From Somniosus microcephalus (lineage: Eukaryota), in NCBI GenBank assembly GCA_052327205.1, contig CM126204.1:302250001-302314000 (forward strand): a stretch of 64,000 bases of DNA, in the 5' to 3' direction. The notes beneath the pieces are model-generated. The model saw nothing but the letters and a program-made list of their open reading frames with translations. It was not told where the DNA came from and ran no database searches. Positions 11,740-24,412 of the stretch are shown here, one piece after another. The position numbers were made by a program, and so were the translations under genes. How positions within the stretch are numbered: position 1 is the stretch's first letter; each line of letters starts with the position of its first letter.

Positions 11740-13890
11740 GGGGTGAAATTCAATAAGGCCTGAAAACAGGCTCGGGAACTGTGATGCGTGATAAGCCCGC
11801 GCCAGTTCAGAAAGCGCAGGCAGCACGTCAATTTGGTGCTGCCTGCTAATTTAAATGATTGTACCACACAGCCTAGCGACTAATGCGCTGCTGACAGGTT
11901 GTGCGCTCAGCAGGGGGGCCACGTTTGCATCATTGGGTCAAGGCTGCTTTTACTTAAAGCTAGCCTATTCCTTTTCAAGACACTCTCTAGCCCTTAAAGC
12001 TGAAATGCCTTCTGAAAATTTTTTTAAAATCCTTCAGAACTAGGCAGTCTGCAGCTCTTAAAGCTGAACTGCCTTCTGCACATAAAAAATGGTAAAAGTG
12101 CTTCAGCACTAATACAAATGGCTCAACAGGCCAGGGAAAGGGCACCCAGAGTCTCAGATGCAGCACTCCGGCTTGGTGCAGGGGATCAACACTGGAAGAA
12201 AGGTCCTCTACCCACAGGGGGCCAGGTGGCCCTCCAGAAGGAAGGATGAGGCACCAGATCGCCGAGGCCATCACTGACAGCAGTGTCACCTCCAGGACCT
12301 GGCATAAGTGCCCAAAGAAGTTTCATGACCTCAGCTGAATGATCAAGGTCAGTGAATACATCTTCAAATGCCATCTCCTACCAACTGCACCAATAGCCTC
12401 ACACGCTGATAAATGCACGACACCCTCCCCCCATCACTCACCTATCAATAATCTCTATGAAATATGAGGCACACCTCATATTCCTAGCTTCACCTCACCC
12501 CCTTGGAGGAGACAGTGCTGGCCATTCTTGGCAGGGGCATGGCTGAGCCCTTGGCCAGCAGCGGGACTGAAAGCATACAATATGCTGGTATCCTCATACG
12601 TTATCCTCCTTCTCACTTCCCACTTCCCACTTCCCCCTCATCCCACAATCTCTTCTGATTTACAAGCTGCACATGGTGTAAGAATGCACCTCTTGCTTTA
12701 CCCCCCTCCCTTTACTACAACCCCACCCTTGTGCCTTCCTCATTCCAGACACCCAAAAATCCAGCCTGCCCAGCCAGTGGTTGACCAAGAAGAGGGAGAG
12801 GAGAGTGAAGAGGAAGAAGAAGAAGAAGAAGAAGAAGAAGAAATACCATTACTCGATTTCACACTCTCAGCCACCAGCTCCTTGAGGTCATCCTGCAAAG
12901 CCATCTGTAGTGTCCCCCACTGAAAGTCAGCAGCTTTCCACCAGCCAAGCTGCAGCCACTAGGGTAACACTGCATAACATCACTAGGATAGGCAAAGGAA
13001 TACGCACTACAGTCACTAAGAGAATGCACAATGATGATTAGTTGATTTCTTGATGTAATATTGGATGCATATATGGATAAAGTTCGATTGGAATGTTTGC
13101 TTTCTGATGGCTTTTATTTCAGTATTGTGGCCAAGAGGACACTGTGATGGTCAGTAACAGAAGGAAGGTAAGGTATGGGACAAATGCTGAAAGGGGAATT
13201 GGGGTTGTGTTCACTGGTACCACTCGTGGATGATTCGATCCCAGATATCCCAGCAAGAAAGGGCTGTCTGAGTTGCCTCCTTCCTTCTGCTTCCTCCTCT
13301 TCTGCTTCTTCTTCCTCCCTCTGTGAGCAGCTTGTCCCCTTTGCTGCCTCTGCTTCATCTCCATGTGATGTTGCAGCCCAAGGGGGACTGCAACTAGAAC
13401 CCCCAGGACTGTGAGTATGTGTTTTTTTCAGAGGCCTTCCTTTAACATCCAAAGCCTTGCAAGCGTCCAGCAGCACTCCCTGCACACTTAACATTTTTTT
13501 ATATGTACTGTACCAATCCACTACTCTAATAAAGTGTAAAAAAAATCCAATAGTTAAAATCTAAACTTACCTGAAAGATGTGTGTGACTTTAAGAAGCAC
13601 TGGCAGCATCTCTAGTACTGCTGCCCGCACGTTCTTCCGTGCATGATTTGGAGAGGGTGGTATCAACACCAACGATGTCCAAAATCACAGTTGTGCGTCA
13701 GTTTAGGCATTGCACGCCGACTGACGTCACAATCTGCATAATTTACATGTGGGCAACAGCAGCGCTGCCAACCTCCCCAAAATGGTGGCCGCCGCGTTCT
13801 GCACCGGAAACGGGCAGAAGTGAGGTGACCGCCACTTTTTCAGCAAAACCGACCTTAACGGCCGGCGCTAGACCTCCCAATATTGCGGCC
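11740..13890. mobile_element. Internally deleted Harbinger element with remnants of both genes
   Basis: ATT on both flanks. Myb/SANT gene remnant on +, transposase N- and C-terminal remnants on - (~13210-13410). The right end is homologous to 1450-1569. Confidence 0.8.
12118..12347 (+). pseudogene. Harbinger Myb/SANT-like DNA-binding protein (NAIF1-like), decayed first exon
   Basis: Frameshifted MAQQARERAPR.SDAAL...RKVLYP...QIAEAIT..SVTSRTWHKCPKKFHDL, followed by donor AAG/GTCAGT. Confidence 0.75.
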
Positions 13891-14539
13891 ATTATCTCAA
13901 TAATTCATTTGCTGACGAGTTAATTTATAACGTGATCATTCAGAATTGGCTGGATGATAGTCATTGACACTAACCCAAAACAAACAAGTATATCACTGGG
14001 AAAAGCATAATACCCTGGAGTCTCCTTTGCAGTTGCGCCCAGATATACCAATAATCTGGGTGCAAACAAATTACGTGCCTTAAAACATTGTGAAATTTTG
14101 GGCATAATTGAGTTATTTGCATAACTACAACATGTCCACGTCTCCTCCATCTTTTACGTCCATCCATCAAACCTTCTGTCCAAACGAATATCTGCCCACA
14201 AAACCAGCCACACTCCCGACTCTCAAATGCTAGTATCCTCCAATTGTGTTTGTTCGAGGGTGTCTCATAACATTGCCACCAGATTTCAGAATCTGCAGGA
14301 AACCAAGTCATTTATCTGGTCTTTAAATTGCGATTTTCATAGAATCATAGAATCATAGAAAGTTACAGCATGGAAGGAGGCCATTTCGGCCCATCATGTC
14401 CGCGCCGGCCAACAAAGAGCTATCCAGCCTAATCCCACTTCCCAGCTCTTGGTCTGTAGCCCTGCAGGTTACAGCATCCCAAGTGCTTTTTAAATGTGGC
14501 GAGGGTTTCTGCCTCTACCACCCTTTCAGGCAGTGAGTT

Positions 14540-17500
14540 TCAGACCCCCACAACCCTCTGAGTGAAGAAATTTCCCCTCAAATCCCCTCTAAACCTTCCA
14601 CCAATTACTTTAAATCTGTGACCCCTGGTTTTTGACCCCTCTGCTAAGGGAAATAGGTCCTTTCTATCCACTTTATCTAGGCCCCTCATAATTTTATACA
14701 CCTCAATAAGGTCTCCCCTCAGCTTCCTCTGTTCCAAGGGAAACAAACCCAGCCCATCCAGTCTTTCCTCATAGCTAAGATTCTCTACTCCCGGCAACAT
14801 CCTTGTAAATCCCCTCTGTACCCTCTCTAGTGCAATCACATCTTTCTTGTAATGTGGTGACCAGAACTGCATGCAGTACTCTAGCCGAGGCCAAACCAGT
14901 GTTCCACACAGTTGAAGCACAACCCCCCTGCTCTTGTATTCCATGCCACGGCCAATAAAGGCAAGCATTCCGTATGCCTTCCCAACCACCCTATCCACCT
15001 GGCCTGGCTCCTTCAGGGATCTGTGGACATGCACTCCAAGGTCCCTTTGTTCCTCTGCACTACTCAGTGTCCTACCATTTAATGTATATTCCCTTTCCTT
15101 GTTAGCCCTCCCCAAATGCATTACCTCACACTTCTCCGGATTGAATTCCATTTGCCACTGTTCTGCCCACCTGCCCATCTTCCTGCAGGCTACAGCTTCC
15201 TTCTTCAGTATCAAACCACACAGCCTATTTTAGTATCATCTACGAGCTTCTTAATCATACCCCCATATTCAAGTCTAGATCATTGATATATACCACAAAA
15301 AGCAAGGGACCTAGTACTGAGCCTGGCAGAACCCTACTGGAAACAGCCTTCCAGTCACAAAAACACCCATCAACCATTACCCTCTGCTTCCTGCCTCCGA
15401 GCCAGTTTTGAATCCAACTTGACACTTTGCCCTGGATCCCATGGGCTTTTAACTTTGTGACCAGTCTGCCATGTGGAACCTTATCAAAAGGCTTGCTAAA
15501 GTCAATATACACTACATCAAACGCCCTATCTTCATCTATACTCCTTGTTACCTCCTCAAAAAATTCAATCAAGTTTGTCAGACACGACCTTCCCTTAACA
15601 AATCCGTGCTGACTATCCTTGATTAATCCGTGCCTTTCTAAATGAAGATTTATCCTATCCTTCAGAATTCTTTCCAATAATTTTCCCACCACCGAGCTTA
15701 GGCTGACTGGCCTGTAATTAATCGGTCTATCCTTTTCTCCCTTTTTAAACAAGGGTACCACATTAGCAGTCCTCCAGTCCTCCGGCACCACACCTGAAGC
15801 CAGAGAGGATTGGAAAATGATGGTCAGGGTCTCTGCTATTTAGTCTTTCGCTTCGCTTAACAGCCTGGGATACATTTCATCCGGGCCTGGGGATTTATCC
15901 AATTTTAAAGCTGTTAAACCCCTTAATACTTCCTCTCTCACTATGTTTATTTCATCTAATATTTCACACTCCTCCCCCCCCCCCCCGCCCCCGATAGCAA
16001 TGTCTGCTTCACCCCTCTCCTTTGTGAAAACAGATGCAGCGTATTCATTAACAAACCTACTGGCGTCTCCCGCCTCCACACACAGATTACCCTCATGATC
16101 TCTAATACGCCATACCCTTTCTTTAGTTATCATCTTATTCTTAATATATTTATAATACATGTTTGGGTTTTCCTTGATTTTACTTGCCAAGAATTTTTCA
16201 TGCTCTTTTTGCTTTCCTAAAGGCCCAGAAATTCGGGTCGGAGACTTCCCGCCTCCGACCTGCACTTACCATGCGCCAGCCGTTGAGCTGTGGGCCCCCA
16301 TGGAATTGTGATCCTGGGCCTCCTCCAACTGCCGGCGTGCAGTGCTTGCGTATCCCAGGGGCGCAGTTAGTTCAATGCATCCCCTGGGATCATGTGGGCC
16401 ATGGAGAGCCAATGGTAGCAGGGAATGCTTCATTCATAAGTTTGACAGGAAGAGCTGTCAAACCTATAATTACTATAAGCCCCAAAACATCACTAAAACT
16501 TCAAATAAATTTTATTTTTTTAATTACATTTTTAAAATAACTATTAATTACATGAAATAACTATTTCAAACAATAATTTAAATTTTTGAAAAAATTAATT
16601 ACATTTTCTAACGGGGCTAAAAATAAACTTACCTTTCTTTAAAGTATTTAAAAATAATAAACCTGTGGGAAAAATGTTTTAATTTTAATTAATTCACCAC
16701 TTACCTTGTTACAAGAAGGCCTTGCGCCTGCTTTTTACATGTCTAACTTCTGGAGACTTACCCTCGCGGGAAAACCTGGAAAAAAATGTAAGTTCAATGC
16801 GCACGCGCCGCCTCTCCTGCGCACGTGTTCCACCTCTTAACCTCTTCTTTCAGGGGAACGGAAGTTCCGGTTTCCCGCGCATGCGCAGTGCATGCACGAA
16901 ACTGGCACTTTCGTTGGGCCTACGTGTGAGTACCCCGTGCATACACACGCGTTGGGACCCAAATTTCTGGGCCAATATCCTTTTTAATTGCACCCCTGCA
17001 CTTTCTGTACTCCTCTAAAGATTCTGGAGTATTTAGCCCTCGGTATCTGTCATATGCCTCCCTTTTTTCTTTATCCTACTCTGTATGTCTCTAGACGTCT
17101 AGGGGCTTCTAGATTTGCTAGTCCCACCTTATTTCTTTAAGGGCACATATTTGGTCTGAACCCTTCGGATCTCCTCATTGAATGCCTCCCACTACTCTGA
17201 CACTGATTTACCTTCAAGTAGCTGTTTCCAGTCCACTATGGCTAAATCCCCTCTGAGCTTAGCAAAATTAGCTTTTTCCCAATTTAGAAATTTTTATTCC
17301 TGGTCTATCCTTGTCCATTTCCATAACTACCTTAAATCTAACTGAAAATGCTCCCCACTGATACACCTTCTACCTGCCCAGCTTCTTTCACTAAAAGTAA
17401 GTCCAGAACCGCCCCCTCCCTTGTTCGGCTTGCTATATACTGACTAAAAAAGTTCTCCTGGATGCATTTTAGGAATTCCGCACCCTCTATACCCTTCACA

Positions 17501-17990
17501 CTAATTTCATCCCAGTTAATATTGGGGTAGTTGAAATCCCCTACTATTACTGCCCTATAGTTTTTGCACTTCTCAGAATGTGTCTACATATTTGCTCTTC
17601 TATCTCCCTCTCACTGTTTGGGGGTCTGTAGTACACTCCCAGCAGTGTGATCGCCCCTTTTTTGTTTTTCAATTCGATCCATATGGCCTCATTTGATGAT
17701 TCCTCCAACATATCATCCTTCCTCACAGCTGTAATAGTTTCTTTAATCAATACCGCGACCCCCCTCTTCCTTTTTACCTCCCTCTCTATCCCATCTGACA
17801 ATCCTGTAACCAGGAATGTTGAGCTGCCATACCTGCCCCTCTTTCAGCCACGTCGCTGTAACAGCTATAATATCATAATCCCAAGTGTCTACCTGTGCCC
17901 TCAGCTCATCTGCCTTGTTCACTATACTCCTTGCATTGAAGTATATACCATTTATTACAGGCAAACCTCCTTGTTGACTACTATCCAGCC
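14540..17990 (-). pseudogene. CR1 ORF2 (APE endonuclease plus reverse transcriptase), frameshifted and interrupted by a MITE
   Basis: Motifs YFNARSIVNK, GVYYRPP, KSPGPD, NYRPVSL, QHGFVKGRSCLTNL, DFSKPFDKVPH, GSVLGPLLF, LERVQR. Confidence 0.93.
16222..16973. mobile_element. Harbinger-type MITE, copy 1, inserted in CR1 ORF2
   Basis: TIRs GGCCCAGAAATTCGGGTC and GACCCAAATTTCTGGGCC. Colinear with 24413-25173. Removing it restores CR1 coding KKDIRKAKR. Confidence 0.9.
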
Positions 17991-18099
17991 CTTGATTCCT
18001 CTGACCTTCCAATTTACTTTCTACATTTTTGTTTCCAATTCCAGTTTTTCATCCCTCCCTACTGGCTCTATTCTTAGGTTCCCATCCTCCTGCCAAGCT

Positions 18100-19063
18100 A
18101 GTTTAAACCCTTCCCAAGAGCACTAGCAAATCCCCCTGCGAGGATATTGGTCCCAGCTCCGTTGAGGTGCAACCCGTCTGGCTTGTAGAGCTCCCACCTC
18201 CCCCAGAAACGGTCCCAATGCCTCAGGAATCTGAAGCCCTCCCTCCTTCACCATCCTTCCAGCCACGCATTCATCTGCTCTATCCTCCTATTTCTGGACT
18301 CACTAGCATGTGGCACCGAGAGTAATCCGGAGATTACTACCTTTGAGGTCCTTTTATTTAATCTGACTCCTAGCTCCCTAAACTCTGCCTGCAGGACCTC
18401 ATCCCTCTTTCTACCTATGTCATTGGTACCGATATGGACCACGACATCTGGGTGTTCACCCTCTCCCCCCAGAATGCCCTGCAGCTGTTCAGTGACATCC
18501 TTGACCCTGGCACCAGGGAGGCAACGTACCATCCTGGAGTCACGTCTGCAGCCTCAGAAACATCTGCCTGCTCCCCTCACTATTGAATCCCCTACCACTG
18601 TTGCTCTTCCACTATCTTTTCTCCCCCCCCCCCCACCCCGTGTAGCGGAGCCACCCATGGTGCCGAGGACTTGGCTCTGACTGCACTCCTCAGAGGGACC
18701 ATCGCCCCCACCAGTACTCAGAATAGAATACCGGTTGGAGAGCGAGATGCCCTCCTGGGCCTTCTGCACTGCCTGCCTGATCCTCTTCTGTCTAGTGGTT
18801 ACCCATCTGCTCTCTGTCGGCTCTCTCTGAGACTGCGGGGTGACCACCTCACTAAACGTGCTATCCATGTAGTTCTCAGCCTCGTGGATGCACCACAGTG
18901 ACTCCAGTCGCCGTTCAAGCTCCGTAAACCGTCGCTCAAGTCGTTGCAGCTGCTGATACTTACTGCACATGTAGTCATCCATGCAACGTGAAGCGTCCAT
19001 GACTTTCCACATGCCACAGGAAGTGCACTCCGCTAGACTGAGCTGCCCTGCCATTCCTGTCAT
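18100..19063 (-). pseudogene. CR1 ORF1 (zinc finger/coiled coil plus SGNH esterase), disrupted
   Basis: CTSCGMW N-terminus, coiled coil, VVGDSIVR, CLPGARVKDV, VHIGTND. Confidence 0.9.
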
Positions 19064-19273
19064 CGCTTTATCTAACAGACTATTTAAAAGACTAAGTAGT
19101 AACCTTTATTTAAAAGACTAAGAACTACCCTTTATTTAGAGACGAAGAACTAACTTAACAGATTAAGTTTTAAACTTTAAAAAAAAACTCACCCCCTACT
19201 CACCAATCAGCTACTCCCCTTGTGCCGACGTCACTTATAATCTCTGACGTCACTTTCGAATGTTGCCTGTTGA

Positions 19274-20255
19274 GGGCCGCTCTCGCTGCTGCCGGTGAGT
19301 CTGGGCCTCGCTCTCTCTCCCGCTCCTTATACTCCCCACTGTCGCTCAGGCTCCTCCCAGGACCGTTCTCGCTGCTGCCGGCGAGTCTGAGCCTTGCTCT
19401 CTCTCCTGCTCCTTATACTCCCCGCTGTCGCTCAGGCTCCTCCCAGGACTGCTCTCGCTGCTGCCGGTGAGTTTGGGCCTCGCTCTCTCTCCCGCTCATT
19501 ATACTCCCCGCTGTCGCTCAGGCTCCTCCCAGGGCCGCTCTCGCTGCTGCCGGTGAGTTTGGGCCTCGCTCTCTCTCCCGCTCCTTATACTCCCCGCTGT
19601 CGCTCAGGCTCCTCCCAGGGCCGCTCTCGCTGCTACTGGTGAGTCTGGGCCTCGCTCTCTCTCCCGCTCCTTATACTCCCCGCTGTCACTCAGGCTCCTC
19701 CCAGGGCCGCTCTCGCTGCTGCCGCTGCCGGTGAGTCTGGGCCTCGCTCTCTCTCCCGCCCCTTATAATCCCCGCTGTCGCTCAGGCTCCTCCCAGGGCC
19801 GCTCTCGCTGCTGCCGCTGCCGGTGAGTCTGGGCCTCGCTCTCTCTCCCGCTCCTTATACTCCCCGCTGTCACTCAGGCTCCTCCCAGGGCCGCTCTCGC
19901 TGCTGCCGCTGCCGGTGAGTCTGGGCCTCGCTCTCTCTCCCGCCCCTTATAATCCCCGCTGTCGCTCAGGCTCCTCCCAGGGCCGCTCTCGCTGCTGCCG
20001 CTGCCGGTGAGTCTGGGCCTCGCTCTCTCTCCCGCTCCTTATACTCCCCGCTGTCGCTCAGGCTCCTCCCAGGGCCGCTCTCACTGCTGCCGCTGCCGGT
20101 GAGTCTGGGCCTCGCTCTCTCTCCCGCTCCTTATACTCCCCGCTGTCGCTCAGGCTCCTCCCAGGGCCGCTCTCGCTGCTGCCGCTGCCGGTGAGCCTGG
20201 GCCTCGCTCTCTCTCCCGCCCCTTATAATCCCCGCTGTCGCTCAGGCTCCTCCCA
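19274..20255 (-). repeat. Tandem array of 11 GC-rich monomers (5 x 86 bp, 6 x 92 bp) forming the CR1 5' end
   Basis: Unit on + is GGGCCGCTCTCGCTGCTGCC(GCTGCC)GGTGAGTCTGGGCCTCGCTCTCTCTCCCGCTCCTTATACTCCCCGCTGTCGCTCAGGCTCCTCCCA. Confidence 0.93.
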
Positions 20256-22420
20256 TTTTATGCGTCTTTTAAAAAAATTAGCATCACTGAGACCCGCTCT
20301 GTAATTTTGTTTTGTTTAATGCATTTTTATCACTTAAGTATAATTCACACTCAAAATTGGAAAGGTTCCCCGATTGTAGGTTCTCAAACATGCTGTGCCT
20401 GATGTGAATAAATTATGTTTAAATGATGTTTAAATGAGTTGAAACTTAAATTTTAAGACATGAAGTAGAAATATACTGTAGGTTCGGCATTTCTTTAGGC
20501 CCTGATTGTTTCCGCTGATTCCCGCTGATTAATGCCTATTTTAAGTTCAGGCTATTCTAATGAGATTGGGAGGATATGTGGGTGTAACTTTACCTCGGCA
20601 AAATGGGTGCAACATTGAGCGCATTTTCGGGTCCAACTTCTAGGTTGCACCCAAAGAGGAAACTCCAAGCCAATGCATCTATTTTCTTCTGCCTGCTACA
20701 AAATTCAAAGTGACAATGCAAAAAATCGCTGGAATGGACAATCAGCTTTCCTCCTTATTGTTTTCACATCAAGATGCAATCTTTTTGGTGATATTCATCT
20801 CATTGTAAGACAGAAAATTCTCATACTCAATGAAGTTGCTGTAAACGGAACTGCCTTGCAGCAATCATAAACTCCAAGTTAAATTCCAGAGGTACAGTAG
20901 ACATTACAAAATTAAATCACTGGTACTTTTTAAACAAAATATCATCACAAGAATTTGATGCCTATAAAAGATGAAGTCAAACACGCCACAAAGTCATGGA
21001 GAAGGCTTTATATCATTTAATTTTGGACTTTTGAGAACTTGGATGTCATTCAAGTGAAGTATTATCGAACAAATCTAATTACATTTTATTTCTTGAGCTT
21101 ATGGCGAGGCCTATATTTCATGTCACTGGAGAGGATGATAACATTTCAGAAAGGAGATACGCTAGCGTTTGTTGTTTATTCATTAGTTCTGGAGGTTGCT
21201 ATTTCTGGCCCAGTAACAATCTGTTACAGAATGTGATATTGTAATTACCTAGTAGTATAGAAAAGCTCTTTTCTCAGACTGTCGTGGAAGATTACATGCA
21301 AGCATTGTCCCTAGCTGAGTAACAGGTGTGCGTTTCAGTAATTTTTTTATTAAGTCTTATTTTGGTTAGGTTTTCCAGCCTGTATCATATTATCAGAATT
21401 TGTGTTGAAATTAGTAAAAGGCACTCTTGTTCCCAGGTAGTGACATGCAGCGCTTTGCTAATCACACTTCAGTTGGATGAGGATTAAACACAGGTGCTAA
21501 AGTCTTAGAACCATATCACCACAAGTGATAACCATCTAAATGATGCAAAAGTATGTGGTTCACCATCCAGTTCATTGCCAAGTTTCCTGTGTACATACTG
21601 CTTTGATTGTTTTCTTTGCAAAATCAGGCTTCCGGAAGATTTATTTCTTGCATACAGTACAATACTAAGATCTCATCTAATACTACTGGCATGCACTGTG
21701 AATCTTTATAGTAAATGAATCTTTATAATCTTCTTGGGAGCTTTTTTCCTGTTTCTTTTACATTTGTGTTGTCTTTTATCCTTTTTTTCCTGCTCCTTAA
21801 ATTTTCCCATGTCTCTTGCTTCTTTCCTTCCCACACCTTTCATCCACCTCTTGCTTAGGAATCCTGGGTCAGAGTAATGATCAGCAATCCCAAATGTGAT
21901 TATTCGTAAGTCCGACTATGAAAAAAGCACTTTATTTGTTTATCATGTCATTGTCAAAATTTTGAGCTATAAATACACCTTTTTACATTGTGCAACATTA
22001 AGTCGATTAAAATAACCAAAGGGTTATGCTAGTCTTTTATTATTGTGAAAGCTAGGAGAAAGGCCAACGCCCATAGTGTAGGATACCATCAGTATTGAGC
22101 AGAGTAGAAGCGGAGATGAGGTAAATAGTGATTAAGTGATGTGAAGCTTGTAGGTTTGATTTCAAAAACATTTAGGCTAAATTAGCTGTCTTTGTTCCTC
22201 AGCTGCTTCACCTACTGAAAAACTTAACTGATTCATTGAGAAATCATTACTTTTTCAATGGTAGACCCGCCCTTTAATGGCTTTGGTTTTCTTTCTGAGT
22301 GATGTGTATTTTAGTGCATGAAAAAATATAAGAGCATTAGCAGAGAATGGGAAAAGCCACTTGGTAAATCAAGTCCGGTCCCTCACAAACTATGTTTGGT
22401 TGCTATTATGGTTGCACTAT

Positions 22421-22759
22421 TATGACACCCTCAAAGCCTGCTTGAAAAAGTGCAACATCCCCACCGACACCTGGGAATCCCTGGCCCAAGACCGCACAAA
22501 GTGGAGGAGAAGCATCCAGGAAGGCGCCAAACACCTCGAGTCTCTTTGCCGGGAGCAAGCAGAAGCCAAGTGCAAACAGCGGAAGGAGCACACATCAACC
22601 CAAGCACCCCACCCACCCGTCCATTCAACCACCATCTGCCCCACCTGTGACAGAAACTGTAGGTCCCGCATTGGACTCATCAGTCACCTGAAATCTCATT
22701 TTTAGTGTGGAAGCAAGTCATCCTCGGTTCCAAGGGACTGCCTAAGAAGAAGAAGAAGA
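22421..22759 (+). mobile_element. RTE-clade LINE 3' fragment
   Basis: DTLKACLKKCNI..WESLAQDRTKWR, C-terminal C2H2 (CPTCDRNCRSRIGLISHLKSH), short UTR and (GAA)n tail. Confidence 0.85.
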
Positions 22760-23039
22760 CTGATATGGATGCTACTCAACTGCCTTGATCTCCTGAGCAA
22801 GGCAACTCCACAAAGATAAAATGTTGTATAATTTCCAACCAATCCCTGCATTGAATGAAAGCCCTGGTTATTAATTCAAACTTACAACCCACGTTATTTA
22901 GATCCCAACAATTTCACAGAGCTGAACTGTAGACTGCACAATATAGAAAATAATGTATTCTGTACAGTATTTAAACATTTATATCTGTTCTTATAACTTT
23001 CAGTTCTCTCTTAAACAGATATGTATTATTTATCCAGCA

Positions 23040-23440
23040 CTTTTCTACAGCAGTTTTGATGGGATTCTATACTACAGGTCCACTTCTCGGTACAAGTGAA
23101 ATACTTCTAAATTATAGTTTTGCTTGCAGCATGTAAGTTTTGTATTCATCTCCTTTAGTTCTGCTATGCAGTGTAAGCTGAATAACTTACTTACATCCAT
23201 ATTTCCTATACCTCTCACGACTTTTAAGACCAAAATTAAGACCCCTTGCTTAATTTTTTTTTCCACTTTTGAGTCTCTTTCACAACACCTGTCTATCAAT
23301 CTATCAATGTCCCTTTGAAGGCAGAGAACTCAACATTACACACAATGTTCTAAATGTAGCCTTATTTATTAGTTATATAAGGTTACAATAACTTGTTTTG
23401 AATTATAATCAAATGCCATTGAGATGCATTCTGATATTTG
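23040..23440 (-). mobile_element. Very old CR1 3' fragment
   Basis: Decayed similarity to the LEYCVQFWSP..KDI..LER / GDLI.V.K region. Confidence 0.55.
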
Positions 23441-23900
23441 TTAATATAAAACTGAGTGCAGTTTGTTAGGCAGTGTGAAAAATCAACTCAGCTAGGCCTG
23501 TTTTGCATTTTAGAAATTACACTGAAGTTGAGCTTTAAGAGACCTATATATAACAAAATTGAAATAAATAGATCATATCCAAACATTGCCTGTATAATTT
23601 AAAAATACATTCTCACAGTAGTCCTTTAAAATACATAAATATTCATCTGATCTCTCCCTCTCTATATATACCATCAGTGGGGCTGATCATTTTGAATCAC
23701 TGTCTTATGCTTTTAATAGATCAGGATTTTCTTTGAGAATGTTAATATAATAAGGTTTCCTGTTAAAAGGTCAAAAATGTTACTTATATTATTTTGTTTG
23801 AGAGATGAATCTTTTCAATTGTGAAGCCAAAAACTGGATTGGATGTGTTCTTAATTCTACATCTAACTCTTAAGACTATTTAAATAAGGAAAGTGGCTTC

Positions 23901-24081
23901 TGTTGTGTATGTACCTTTAAGGGAATAACTGGTCTCAGACTGCAGTACTGGCAGTGACCACCCCTGTATAAAAGGCCCTAGCAGGCTTCTGTAGTTTCAG
24001 TTTCCAGGTTGTCTCCATTCAGTAAAGACTTGTTATAATCAATTCCTGCAGTCCGTGTCTCAATTATACACGGACATAATA
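23901..24081 (+). mobile_element. Solo LTR (181 bp)
   Basis: GCTTC direct repeats at 23896-23900 and 24082-24086. Imperfect inverted termini TGTTGTG...CATAATA. Internal TATAAAA followed by AGTAAA. Confidence 0.65.
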
Positions 24082-24412
24082 GCTTCAATTAATACTGTTG
24101 AGTCTAAACAGGAGGTTAAGTGCTAATTGATTCATGTATCTATATATCAGTAATATAGATCTTCTCACATTATAGAACAGTGATAGTGATGCCAGTCACA
24201 GTGGCCTCCAGGAGCTTACAGGATTGTCTGCGTGGGGGGTTGGGGAGTAATTTCACAGATTCTCTTCTCCTAAATAAAAGGGTTGTTTTTATCTCTGTCC
24301 TCTCCCAGGGATGATTGCCAGGGGAGGAGTGAAGCTGGTCATGGCAATTTTATTTATACATGTGGATGTAGGAATTCATAATGGAAATATGAAAGTAAGG
24401 AAAGAATATATT

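Larger units (their letters stand above)
14338..20254 (-). mobile_element. Full-length, disrupted CR1 LINE
   Basis: (ATTCTATG)n 3' tail at 14338-14361, ORF2 with endonuclease and RT, esterase ORF1, tandem 5' monomers. Possible ATTTT TSD at 14333-14337 and 20255-20259. Confidence 0.93.

Noticed and set aside
19274-20255. CRISPR-like array
   Set aside because: Head-to-tail tandem units with no unique spacers, at a LINE 5' end in eukaryotic DNA.
20498-20671. Small MITE with GGC...GCC ends
   Set aside because: The TIR match is too weak to support a call.
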